This document shows, piece after piece, positions 28,960-39,600 of a DNA stretch of 62,614 nucleotides (its first letter is position 1; the number at the start of each line of letters is the position of its first letter). Source of the stretch: Mycoplasmatota bacterium (GTDB lineage: Bacteria; Bacillota_I; Bacilli_A; MAG-NZ); the NCBI GenBank assembly GCA_018394315.1, contig CP074575.1, positions 1,054,001 through 1,116,614 on the forward strand, in the 5' to 3' direction. The notes under the pieces were generated by a model. It did no database searches, had not been told where the DNA came from, and was given only the letters and a program-made list of their open reading frames with translations. The position numbers and the translations under genes are program-made.

Positions 28960-29730
28960 TTATTTAGCGAGGTACAAGAGTTACTTAATAATAGAAGAAA
29001 TGGTGGTAGGTTTAAAGCTAAAACTATCTATTTATTATCGGGACTTATCTATTGTAAAAAATGTGGTGGAAGGTTACAAGGTAATAGGAGAAAAGCTGGA
29101 AGTGGTAAAAAAGAGTATGCTTCATATAGATGTAGATGTAAAGAAGTTAAAGAGATTAACAAATTGTATATCGATCAATATGTAGCTAATTTATTAATGG
29201 AAACTATATTGGATGAAAATAACATAACTAAGTTACATAAGATGATTAATAAACAGATAAAAGAATCTAGAGTTAATGAGACATCATTAATTGCATCCAA
29301 GAAAAAACAGTTGCATGAACTAGAAAAAAGGATTGATTCAACTGTAAACTTAATGATAGAGGATAATGATGCAAGAGTACAGAAGGTACTGATGCAGAAA
29401 ATATATGAGATGAGTGATGTGAAGGATTTATTAGAAGAAGAGCTTAGGACTATGAATGTAACTACTGATGTTGATGAAGTATCACTAGATCGAGTTAGAG
29501 ATATTGTTATAGGTTTGAATGATTACATGGCCAAGAATCCTGATGACAGGATGAGAGCACTAGTCAGAAAGTTTATAAGTAAAGTTGAAGTTGATAATAT
29601 GAAGATTGAGGTCTTGCTAAAGCTTGACCCTTTTATTTTAGAGAAGAGTATTAACTCGATACAAGTTAAGATTTCTAGGATGTTAAAATATATATATAGG
29701 TGTATAGAGTCTAGTATTGTGATACAATAG
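28960..29730 (+). pseudogene. Large serine recombinase, 5'-truncated (zinc ribbon + coiled coil only)
   Basis: In frame upstream of ORF 29164: LFSEVQELLNNRR...YLLSGLIYCKKCGG...YASYRC, followed by a coiled coil and LVRKFISKVEV. The catalytic domain is absent. Confidence 0.85.
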
Positions 29731-30109
29731 ATCAAAAGTATGGCAACAATAGTATGAATTAAAAAAATAGAATGATAGAGAAATTACTGGATTGTTTGAG
29801 TACATATACGTTAATATGATGGAGAAAAAATTATAGATGACACGTTAATTAATCACCAGTTATAAATTCGAGTAAATTGTATGAAGAAACAGTAATGGTG
29901 AGTCATAATGATGCCTTAAATAACTTACTCTCTTCTTGGGCGATTGTTCTATATATAATTATACTGTTTATATAACGAAAGAAAATGAATGTTCGTATGT
30001 CGATTTTTGCAATATGGAAATGACAAATTTGTCCTTTTCGTCAAGTCTAAATAGATTTATAATGTAAATGTCATGACAAACAAAATCTTATGAAGGGGGG
30101 AGAAAGCGA

Positions 30110-30478
30110 ATGAAAAAAAGAGGATTATTCTATTTAATGTCTATTTGTGCATTAATTGGAGCAATAGCGGTTAGTGCTTCTAATGTTACAGTATCAAAAA
30201 CTAATATTCATAGTTTTTTAGGATTTACTGTAGCAAGAGTTAATCTCACAGTTGAAGGAAATACAGATACTGATACAATTAGTGATTACTGGGATTCCTA
30301 TACAACATATTTATTCACAACTATGTTGGAAGAACCAGATTCTTACAAAATCTCTTATTCAACATATGATAAGGCTAGGTGTTCTTATACTTATAGAGCT
30401 GGAGTTGAAACTGCTTGGGGAGATTTGGTTTTCAGCACTGTTTCGGATAGTATAACAATTGATATGAGATATGTTTAG
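30110..30478 (+). CDS. Small secreted protein
   Basis: Signal peptide ending AVSA, SD AAGGGGGGAG, directly upstream of an ABC exporter. Confidence 0.75.
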   Translation: MKKRGLFYLMSICALIGAIAVSASNVTVSKTNIHSFLGFTVARVNLTVEGNTDTDTISDYWDSYTTYLFTTMLEEPDSYKISYSTYDKARCSYTYRAGVETAWGDLVFSTVSDSITIDMRYV

Positions 30479-30534
30479 CAATTGAAGATCAATTTGAGTT
30501 TTCAACAAGAAACAATTTTAAATAGTTAGGTGGG

Positions 30535-32604
30535 ATGGATTTGTTAAGTATATCAAAAATAAATATTGCTTTTGATAATGATATAATAGTGAATGGAAGT
30601 ATTGAAATTGGTGACGGTAAGATTACTTCGTTAATCGGAGAGAGTGGTTCCGGGAAAACTACTCTACTATATCTTATTGGATTAATATCTTCAAATAAGG
30701 ATTACGAATATAGATATGACAGTAAATTAATAAATGTTAAGAGCGATCTGATGAAGGCTGAGTTAAGGAAAACTAAAATAGGGTATATATTCCAAGATAA
30801 TAACTTAAATAATCAATTATCAATTTATGATAATATATGTTTTTCAGCTAAAATCGCGGGAATAACATTAAATAAAGTAGATGTGGAAGAATTATTGGAA
30901 TATGTAAACGTTGATATAGACACTGAAGCATATCCTAATCAGCTATCTGGGGGGGAGAGACAGCGAATTGCAATAGCTTGTGCACTCGCTAAGGACCCAG
31001 ATATGATAATAGCTGATGAGCCCACATCATCTTTGGACAAGAGAAACTCTGATTATATCATTTCAATATTCAAGAAAATAGCACATGAAGGATTTAAAAA
31101 AGTAGTAATAGCAACACATGATGAATCTGTATATGATGAAGCTGATGTAGTATATGAAATTAAAGAAAAATCTCTAGTACTTAGGAGAGTCAGAAAAAGC
31201 ATAACTGAGACTGGTCTGAGAAGTTTCAAAATGCTGAGTCAATACAGACTTAGCATTTTGTTCTTCCTTAAGTATGTATTTAGAAGAGCTAAAAAGGATC
31301 CGCTAAGAAAGAAAGTAGTAGTGTTCTTAATTGGTATAGCTATTACATTTACTGTTCTTTCCACTAACTTTGGAAAGAAAATGCAACAAGACCAAACAAA
31401 ATTTCTAAATTATATTACCTCAAGTGAAATCTTTGTGTTAAATAACACTACCTCTAGTAGTATAAGGCGAAATGATGATATCTTTGACTCTTTCAATGAA
31501 GAAGATATTCAGGACATAAACAAAATAAACGGGATTGAATTTATCCATCAATTTATAGAATTTCGTTCATATGGTGATACTAAGACATATCCTGTAAATA
31601 AAACTACTATTGAAGTAATTGATCAGGAAAATACAAAGACGTTTGACTTTAACTTATCTAATCAATTAGAGTATAGCAAATTTAGTATCATTCCATACTT
31701 TGATTGGCAAAATAGAGAGCGCCAAGCAATAATGTTAGACTCAAACGTAACTGACGGAGTTTATATTTCTAAGCTTTTAGCAGATAGATTAGGAATTCAA
31801 AATCTAGATAACACTAAGCTACATTTCATAGCTATGGTGCCTTTTGCATTATATAATGCAACTGTTTATAATAAAGAAACAGGAGCGGAATTTGTAACAG
31901 ATGTCGATATTTCAAAAGAGTATCAATTTGAAGTGAGGGTAAAGGGGATTTTAGACCCTTCAGTCGTAAATAATTACTCTATTGATAGCGGCAATACTAT
32001 ATATATGAGTTATGAGATGATGAGAGAAATTCAAAATGAATCAACGGGTATAGTTGATGGAAAAGATTTTCATGAATGGAATACTAGTGCATTAGTTATT
32101 AAAGTAGAAGATTATAGCTATTTTGACACAGTTAAGAGGAAGATTGTCAATATTAATCCTAATTATGAGATAATAAGTGAATACCAAGATACTGAAGCAA
32201 TGAGGGATAATACTGAACTAATTCGTAAGGGGTTCTATATGCTATCTATAATAATTTTGGGAATCATTTTTTCACTAATGACTGTTATTTATATACAAAT
32301 CATTGATAATAGAAAGTATGAAGTAGCTATGTTAAAGGCTAATGGTCTTACTAAGTTTGAGATTCTAAAACTTTTCTTCTTTGAAACTATTTTTGACGTC
32401 TCCAAAATAGTACTTTTCTCCAGTATGTTCATGTTTATAGTGGTATTGTATGTTAATAATAATAATCATATGAAGTTACTTAGTTTGGATTTACTTAATT
32501 TCTTCAATATAATCATAATAACTTTCATTTCAATGTTTATTCCTACGATATTTATGTTATTGTTGGTAAATAGAGCTAACCCTGATAGAATAATTAGAAA
32601 CTAA
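30535..32604 (+). CDS. MacB/FtsX-type fused ABC ATPase-permease
   Basis: GESGSGKT, LSGGERQR, IIADEPT, ATHD, one TM + large extracellular loop + C-terminal FtsX helices (RKYEVAMLKANG). Confidence 0.9.
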   Translation: MDLLSISKINIAFDNDIIVNGSIEIGDGKITSLIGESGSGKTTLLYLIGLISSNKDYEYRYDSKLINVKSDLMKAELRKTKIGYIFQDNNLNNQLSIYDNICFSAKIAGITLNKVDVEELLEYVNVDIDTEAYPNQLSGGERQRIAIACALAKDPDMIIADEPTSSLDKRNSDYIISIFKKIAHEGFKKVVIATHDESVYDEADVVYEIKEKSLVLRRVRKSITETGLRSFKMLSQYRLSILFFLKYVFRRAKKDPLRKKVVVFLIGIAITFTVLSTNFGKKMQQDQTKFLNYITSSEIFVLNNTTSSSIRRNDDIFDSFNEEDIQDINKINGIEFIHQFIEFRSYGDTKTYPVNKTTIEVIDQENTKTFDFNLSNQLEYSKFSIIPYFDWQNRERQAIMLDSNVTDGVYISKLLADRLGIQNLDNTKLHFIAMVPFALYNATVYNKETGAEFVTDVDISKEYQFEVRVKGILDPSVVNNYSIDSGNTIYMSYEMMREIQNESTGIVDGKDFHEWNTSALVIKVEDYSYFDTVKRKIVNINPNYEIISEYQDTEAMRDNTELIRKGFYMLSIIILGIIFSLMTVIYIQIIDNRKYEVAMLKANGLTKFEILKLFFFETIFDVSKIVLFSSMFMFIVVLYVNNNNHMKLLSLDLLNFFNIIIITFISMFIPTIFMLLLVNRANPDRIIRN

Positions 32605-32890
32605 AATAAGCACAAATTATTACTGTATTATTTAAGAAACAGGGATTTGATTGGCTATTTTGAATGTTAGTGTTTTTGATTTGAAACACAAAATACATTA
32701 GATACACATAAGCCATAGCGAAAGAGGCGTTTTTGTAGAATTTACGTATATGTTAAAATTCATATAATTAGATAATTTAAAGGTTAAGGTCTTGTTTAGC
32801 TTGACCTTTCGGCTTTAGAGGGTGTAGTAATAGGATAATTGCATCCTTTTTTATATAAGCAAATATTTCACTGGTTATTGTTACTAGAAT

Positions 32891-33022
32891 GTGGGTGTTT
32901 AAGGTCATATCCCAACTCCACCATTGATAACCACATAAGTTCTGATTTCAAGTTAGAATTATTATATAGAAAAGAATAATAAGCCATTAACTACTGGGAT
33001 GCTAGTATTAATGGCTATTTTT
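32891..33022 (+). repeat. tmRNA-end-derived junction repeat (site D)
   Basis: CCCAACTCCACCA (32911-32923) is identical to the last 13 nt of site A. It is followed by CACATAAGTTCTGAT..AGTTAGAATTATTATA and the AGCCATTAA/TTAATGGCT hairpin. Confidence 0.8.
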
Positions 33023-33165
33023 CATGACTTTAGTACTTAATTGTTATTACAATAAAAACTAATAAATCTTGATGTCTAGACGAAATAGTATGACAACATA
33101 ATGTTTATAATTAATAATTGATGACTTTTGTGTAAATATATTTTTCTGACAAATCTAAACTGATT

Positions 33166-33295
33166 GGTTCTATTGCAAAACAGAGCCTTTCTTAAATAGG
33201 TATAGTAATGACTTTGATTACTGTAGTTTATGCAATACCAAATATCTGAATAACCAAAGATTTCATTAGATACTGTAAATGTGCTAGCGTGTCCT
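33166..33295 (-). mobile_element. IS6 end remnant
   Basis: GGTTCTATTGCAAAACAGAGCCTTTCTTA...TTTATGCAA..AAATATCTGA is collinear with 8465-8595. Confidence 0.8.
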
Positions 33296-33349
33296 TGAAG
33301 GGGAATATCTAGATGTATAATCCTTGGAATCTATCAATTTTAGCAATGA

Positions 33350-33883
33350 TTATTTTAATTTTGCAAATCTTTCAAATAAGTCTACTAGCTGTTCTGGGGA
33401 TTCTCTTTTTCCATTCTTTACCCACTCAACTAAAATACTGAATAACATTGCATTTCTTGTTGCTGATAAGTATTTTAACTCAGATTGCTTAAAACTAGAT
33501 GTATCAACAAAGAAATTAGTTAGGTAATCATTGAAATATTCATAGAGTAGATATCCTTTTCTGATATCGATTAGTTGTTCAACAATTAAAGAATTACAGT
33601 TCCAGTATCTTAAAAATACTTTTAATAATACCATTCTATCAGTTTTATTTTCTAACTCTAAAAGAGAGAAAATTTCTTTGAATTGATTATCAAGTTCATA
33701 TGTTAAAATATCTCTCTTTGAATCAAAAATTCTATAAAATGTCGTTCTACCAACATTAGCTTCTTCAACGATCTCTTTGATTTTAATTTTGCTGAATTCA
33801 TTAGTTTTAAGAAGTTTGCTGAAAGCTTCATAAATCCATCTAGCAGATTGCAATGTGCGTTTATCATTTTTTAGTCTATACAT
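33350..33883 (-). CDS. TetR/AcrR-family regulator
   Basis: IKIKEIVEEANVGRTTFYRIFDSK HTH; divergent from the MATE gene. Confidence 0.92.
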   Translation of the reverse strand: MYRLKNDKRTLQSARWIYEAFSKLLKTNEFSKIKIKEIVEEANVGRTTFYRIFDSKRDILTYELDNQFKEIFSLLELENKTDRMVLLKVFLRYWNCNSLIVEQLIDIRKGYLLYEYFNDYLTNFFVDTSSFKQSELKYLSATRNAMLFSILVEWVKNGKRESPEQLVDLFERFAKLK

Positions 33884-34005
33884 AAATCCTCCTGTGGAAC
33901 AAAATGAAGTAAATGTACTACATTTTTGATTTCATTGAAAAGTGATATGAAATAGTATAACATATATAAGAAACGATTGTTCCATATTTGAAGAAGGTGT
34001 TTACT

Positions 34006-35361
34006 TTGGCAGACGAAAGAATAAAAATACTAAAAGATTTACCAGTATCTAAATCAGTTATCAAATTATCGCTACCTGCAACTATTGGTTTGTTGGTAAT
34101 GGCGATTTATAATATGGTCGATGCTATGTTCGTATCATGGTTGGGTACAGAAGCTGCAGGAGCTACTCAAGTAATATTCCCTATTGTATTAGTATTAACT
34201 GCAGTAGGTGTTTCAATAGGGATAGGTGGTGGATCCTTTGCATCAAGGTTGATGGGTCAAGAAAACTTTGATAAGGCTAATAAAGTTGCTTCAACAATGA
34301 TGTTTGTTTCTGTTTTAGCTGGTTTAACAATTTCCATTTTAGGTGTTATCTACATTGAACCATTAGTTAAGACTTTTGGTGCTATTGATGATGTATTACA
34401 ATATTCTATAGATTACGGTAAATTTATTATCCTTGGTAGTATATTTCAAATTTGTAACATGACTTTTAATAATTTACTTAGAGCTGAGGGTAGTGCGAAG
34501 TTGTCAATGATAGGTATGATAAGTGGTGCTATTTTAAATATTATTCTAGATCCGATTTTAATATTTGGATTAGGTATGGGTATTAAAGGCGCAGCTATAG
34601 CTACTAGTTTCTCGCAATTCGTAACTTTTATAATATTAGCAAGTCAATATATAAGGGGAAAATCACTTTTAAAAATAAGAGTAAAGGATATTAAATTAAG
34701 TAAAGAGATATTTGTTGAATCATTCAAAATGGGTTCTCCTACATTTGCAAGACAAATGTTGATGACGGTAGCAATGGTGTTACTAAATAATCAAGCGGTT
34801 ATTTATGGAGGTAATGATGCACTCGCTGCATTTGGTATATCTTTAAAAGCAACAGCTATGATTGGTTATGGTATATTTGGACTAGGGCAGGGATATCAGC
34901 CGGTTGCAGGTTATAATTATGGTGCAAAGAGTTATAAAAGGGTGTATGATTCATCTATGTATACCATTAAAATAGGTACTATATACTCATTAATTATGTC
35001 ACTGCTTGTGTTGTTCTTCGGAAAGTATTTGTTGTTAATGTATAAACCTTCTGAATCAGTATTAGAGGTTGGGATAATATTTTTAAAATATTATGCTCCT
35101 GTATTTATCTTAATGAACTTAAACTTAATTGTTTCCGTATATTATCAAGCTATAGGAGAAGGTACTAAGGCTTTTGTATTATCAATAGCTAGACAAGGAA
35201 TATTTCTTATTCCTCTAATCATTTATTTACCTAATATAATAGGATTGACTGGTCTTTTCTTATCCCAACCACTTGCAGATTTATTAACACTAGTTTTAAC
35301 ATTTACTTTGTTTATTCCTGAGATGAAAAAATTAAAATCGATGCATAATATTACAACATAG
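34006..35361 (+). CDS. MATE-family efflux transporter (MepA-like)
   Basis: IYNMVDAMFV, LRAEG, NIILDPILIF..GIKGAAIAT, GYNYGAK; TTG start after AAGGTG. Confidence 0.93.
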   Translation: MADERIKILKDLPVSKSVIKLSLPATIGLLVMAIYNMVDAMFVSWLGTEAAGATQVIFPIVLVLTAVGVSIGIGGGSFASRLMGQENFDKANKVASTMMFVSVLAGLTISILGVIYIEPLVKTFGAIDDVLQYSIDYGKFIILGSIFQICNMTFNNLLRAEGSAKLSMIGMISGAILNIILDPILIFGLGMGIKGAAIATSFSQFVTFIILASQYIRGKSLLKIRVKDIKLSKEIFVESFKMGSPTFARQMLMTVAMVLLNNQAVIYGGNDALAAFGISLKATAMIGYGIFGLGQGYQPVAGYNYGAKSYKRVYDSSMYTIKIGTIYSLIMSLLVLFFGKYLLLMYKPSESVLEVGIIFLKYYAPVFILMNLNLIVSVYYQAIGEGTKAFVLSIARQGIFLIPLIIYLPNIIGLTGLFLSQPLADLLTLVLTFTLFIPEMKKLKSMHNITT

Positions 35362-35446
35362 TTGAAGTTCTTATTCTAAAAATAGATTGATTAGAAAAAC
35401 CCTTAAGGATTGCGTATCTAAAGGGTTTTCTTATATTATAGGGTCA

Positions 35447-36459
35447 TTAGTTCTTAACATCCCAGTTCAAGTTAGAAAGTATTTTAAGTATCCAGTAAGT
35501 AGATTCAATTTTCTTCCAGTTTTTATTTTTCCTATTCTCATTCAAACCCATATGTCCACCCGAATACAAATGGTAGCAATTTTTCTTTTCCTTAAGCAAT
35601 TCACTGTCAAACTCAAAAAAACCATCTTCTTGTCTTTGTGATAGTAAATCTCTTACTTGATCTATAAACCACTTATTATCTTTTGATACCTTGAAGTGAG
35701 AAAGTAAGAATATATTTAGAAGTTTTCTCTTCTTTATCATACATGCATGATAAACATTTCCAACTGCATAATATCTCTTTACATCTTTTACGTAAATATA
35801 AGCTTTTTCAGGTATTCTTTGAAAATTTTCACCCAGCAAATATTTAATGATCTTTTCTATTCGCTCATTTACTTTCATATTACATTTAGGGTAGAATGCG
35901 AACGCATATAGATCAAAAATTGTTGGTAAGGCTTCAGTTTTATAGTCATATTTAAATACAACGTCATTTATATATTTTTGTGGTTTACTGTCTAACTCAA
36001 CTTCAAAGTCATATCCATATTTCCTTATTGTTGTTTCGATTTTATTAAGTCTTTCTAGAAAGTAGTCTTTTACAAATTGGTTATCATGATACCCCGCTCT
36101 TATTAAAATGGATAAAGAACAGTTCTATTTATAACGCTTCCAAAACTCTTTTTGCTTCCCCAAATATTAATATCAAGTTTTGGAGTAAAAAGTCTTTCTG
36201 CAAAATTGCTTTCTTTTGTAATACCATATTCAAGAAGTTTAGCTATAGCATTTTCATAGTGAAAATCATTCCTTCCATGGATTTTGTTAATATTACAAGC
36301 ATTAATCCAATACTGGAATGCATCATCTTCTAAATCAATATATTGATCTATAAAAACATCTTTCCTATGAATTTCTTTATCGATCTTGTACTTGATAATT
36401 GGATTAGATATTTTATAAAGCATATCTAAGGTATTATTATAATTTGCCTTTAATTCCAT
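35447..36459 (-). pseudogene. Hypothetical ~337-codon gene split by a 1-bp frameshift
   Basis: One extra base in the homopolymer at ~36105 gives continuous ...YPFLIRAGYHDNQFVKDYFLERL...YPKCNMKVNERIEK..., joining both ORFs. Confidence 0.75.
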
Positions 36460-36576
36460 AAGTCGCCCCTTATCATATAAATATTACTCAATCATTGACT
36501 GCTAATAATTTCATAAAATTTATATTTATAGTCTATCACATTCTAAATTATTCCAAGTAGAATATTTACAAAAAAC

Positions 36577-36620
36577 ATTACTTTTGTCATATATAAATGA
36601 TAATTGTCATTTTATATAAT
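36577..36620 (+). promoter_or_regulatory. Two ATGAC-N4-GTCAT-like dyads upstream of a TATAAT box
   Basis: ATTACTTTTGTCAT (36577) and ATGATAATTGTCAT (36597) are 20 bp apart; TATAAT at 36615. Confidence 0.5.
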
Positions 36621-36649
36621 TAAAGTAGAAATTTATAGGGGGATTAGAT

Positions 36650-39600
36650 ATGAAGATTAGAAAGTATTTAACTACTTTTTTATTATTTCTGTTTGTGTTT
36701 ATTATAAGTGGATGCGGAAATGACGATTTAGTCATAAAAGAAGCGTCAACGATAAAAGATATCGAAGTTAAAGGAGACTTAATTATTTCTAAAAAAGTTG
36801 GAGATGGAGATATCTTTATTGAGAATGTTACAGTACTGGGAGAGACAATTGTAGAAGGCGGAGGAGAAAACTCTGTCCATTTTACTAATTGTTCTTTAAT
36901 AAGATTGAGAATTAATAGGGAAGACGGACCCGTTAGAGTTACTCTAGAAGGAGAGACAACAGTCGAAGAAGTACAGGGTGAATCAAAGAATATAATTGTA
37001 GAGAATAAATCCTTTCATTCTATTAAGAAATTAATAATCTTAAATAAGAAAAATGATGACCAAAATGTAGCTGTTCAAGGGGTTTTTGATAATGTAGATG
37101 TATCCTCTAATGTTAATCTAACATTGAGAGCAGGTACTGAGATTGAAATGTTAGAAACAGATAGTGAAGTTGAGAATGAAGTAGTTCTTATTCTCGAAGA
37201 AGATTCATCTATTAATAATTCTCTTTTTAATAGCGAAGTATCTGTAAGGGGATCTGGTAGTTTAAGAAGAGTAAGAGTTAATAATGAAGAAATAGAACTT
37301 AATATTATTGTTGAGGAAATAGTAATTGAAGAGGGAGTAAGTAAAATTACTGTAAATGATGTGAGTTATGATGAAGAAGAAATTAAAACTAATACTAGAG
37401 ATAATGGATTTCATGCACCAAAACCTCCTGTTATAGAAGTATCAAAGATGTTAGTAGAGGTTGAAGTTGGTTCTGAAGTTATTTATCCAGATATCTATTG
37501 TGATAATAATGGTGTTAGTTGTGATGCAATTATCAGCGGTTCTGTAGATAGTGAGAAGATAGGCGAATATAATTTTACAGCTAGTTACAAAAATGATTTA
37601 GGAGTTACTGTGGTACCTTTTGTAATTAAAGTAATTGACACAAAAGAACCTAAAATCAATATAGAAGGGGAAGATAATATTACTCTTGAAGTAGGAAGCG
37701 AATATACTGAAAGCAATGTAACTTGTGTAGATAATTACGATGAAGAGTGTAGTATTACTACTGAAGGAAGTGTTAATCCTAATATTATCGGAGAGTATAA
37801 GATTATTTATACTGCAACTGACTCATCAGGTAATATTGCCCAGAAAATTAAGTATATCGAGGTAGTGGATTCAGAGGCACCTGAAATTGTATTGAACGGA
37901 GATGCTTCATTAAGTGTTTATATAGGAAGTGATTTCTCTGATCCGGGAGCTACTTGTACTGATAATTATGATGAAAGTTGTGAAGTGAGTATATCTGGAG
38001 AGGTTGATACAGCTACAACTGGAACATACACACTAACTTATTCAGCAACTGATTCATCAGGAAATTCTACTGTTGTAGAAAGAATAGTTATAGTCAAAGT
38101 TAAGAAATCATCTTCTGGAGGAGGAGGGAGTTCTACACCACCGCCACAACCAGCATTAACAATTTTAAATACAGCAAGTGCGATATCAAGTAGTAGTTTG
38201 GAAGTTACAACAAATATTGATTTTGTTGGGGTTATAATTAGTGATTCTAGTATTGATATCAATAATATTGCTGAAGATGATTGGACAAGTGTAGATGTAA
38301 CCAACTCTTATACATTTAATAATTTGGCTGATGACTATTATGAAGTAGTGGTTAGAGATTCCTCTAAAAAAATTTCAAATAAGTATACATTAACAGTTGA
38401 TACTACTGATCCAATTATTAATGTAACTAGAATCGATAATTATACAAGAACATTTAACGAGCCATTAGCTAAGAACTATGGTTTAGATGTTGATATGGAT
38501 TCGGACTATATTGTTGTTGGTGCCCCATCTCTTGCTAGTTCAGGTGGTGTACATGTATATAAAGTGAGTGATGAGAATTATCATAGAGAAATTGTTACAA
38601 GTAGTGGACTAGTGGACATTAATTTTGGGTTTAGTGTTTCGATTGAAGATCAGTATATCGTTGTAGGTGCTAACAATGATAGTATTAATGGTCCAAATGC
38701 AGGATTAGTATTTGTCTATAATGTAAATGACTTAAGTGAAAGAATTGTTTCGTCAAGTACACCGAATGATTATGACATGTTTGGTAATTCTGTGTCTGCT
38801 AGTGGAGATTACTTTATTATAGGTGCACCATCAAATAGTTCGAGTTCAGGGTACGCGATGTTATATAAATTCAGTGATCCATCATATGAAAGAAAGATCG
38901 TACCATCTAATAGTATGAATGGAGATGACTTTGGATGTTCTGTTGCGATTGATGGTGATAATATTGTTGTGACTGCGAAAAATATAGATGACGAAGTAAC
39001 TGCATTTATTTACAAAGTTTCAGATGAACTATATGAAAGAGAAATTGAATCAGCATATGCCGGATACGCTATTTACGCCACTCCGAGTGTGACGATTGAT
39101 GGAGACTACTTTGCTATTGGAGCTTTAAATGATAATGACAAAGCATCAGGTGCTGGTGCTGTATATGTATATAAATTTAGTGATTCTAGTTATGAAGATA
39201 AAATTATGGGTTCTGATTCGATAGAGAATGACTATTTTGGTTCTAATGTGTCACTAGACGGAAACAATTTATTAGTTAGTGCTATTGGTCAGAATTCTAA
39301 TAGTGGTAAAGTATACTTATATCATTTAGACGATAGTAGTTTTGAACAACAATTTACTGCTGAAACGGTTAGTAATAATGATTACTATGGTAGAGGCTTA
39401 AAGATAAATGGTAATAATATCCTTGTTGGAGTTAACAAGGCTGAAGAAGGTTTTGTAGAATTGAAACCAATCAATACTGGTTATTATGTTGAAGTATTAG
39501 AAACGAATATTAGTTCAACAAGTATTACTAAAGATGGCTTGGATTATAGTCTTGAAGGTGACTATATAAAAGAGACAGGAGAATATGTAATTACTATTAC

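Noticed and set aside
29000..29185. 61-aa ORF
   Set aside because: Alternative frame over the serine recombinase zinc-ribbon coding sequence.
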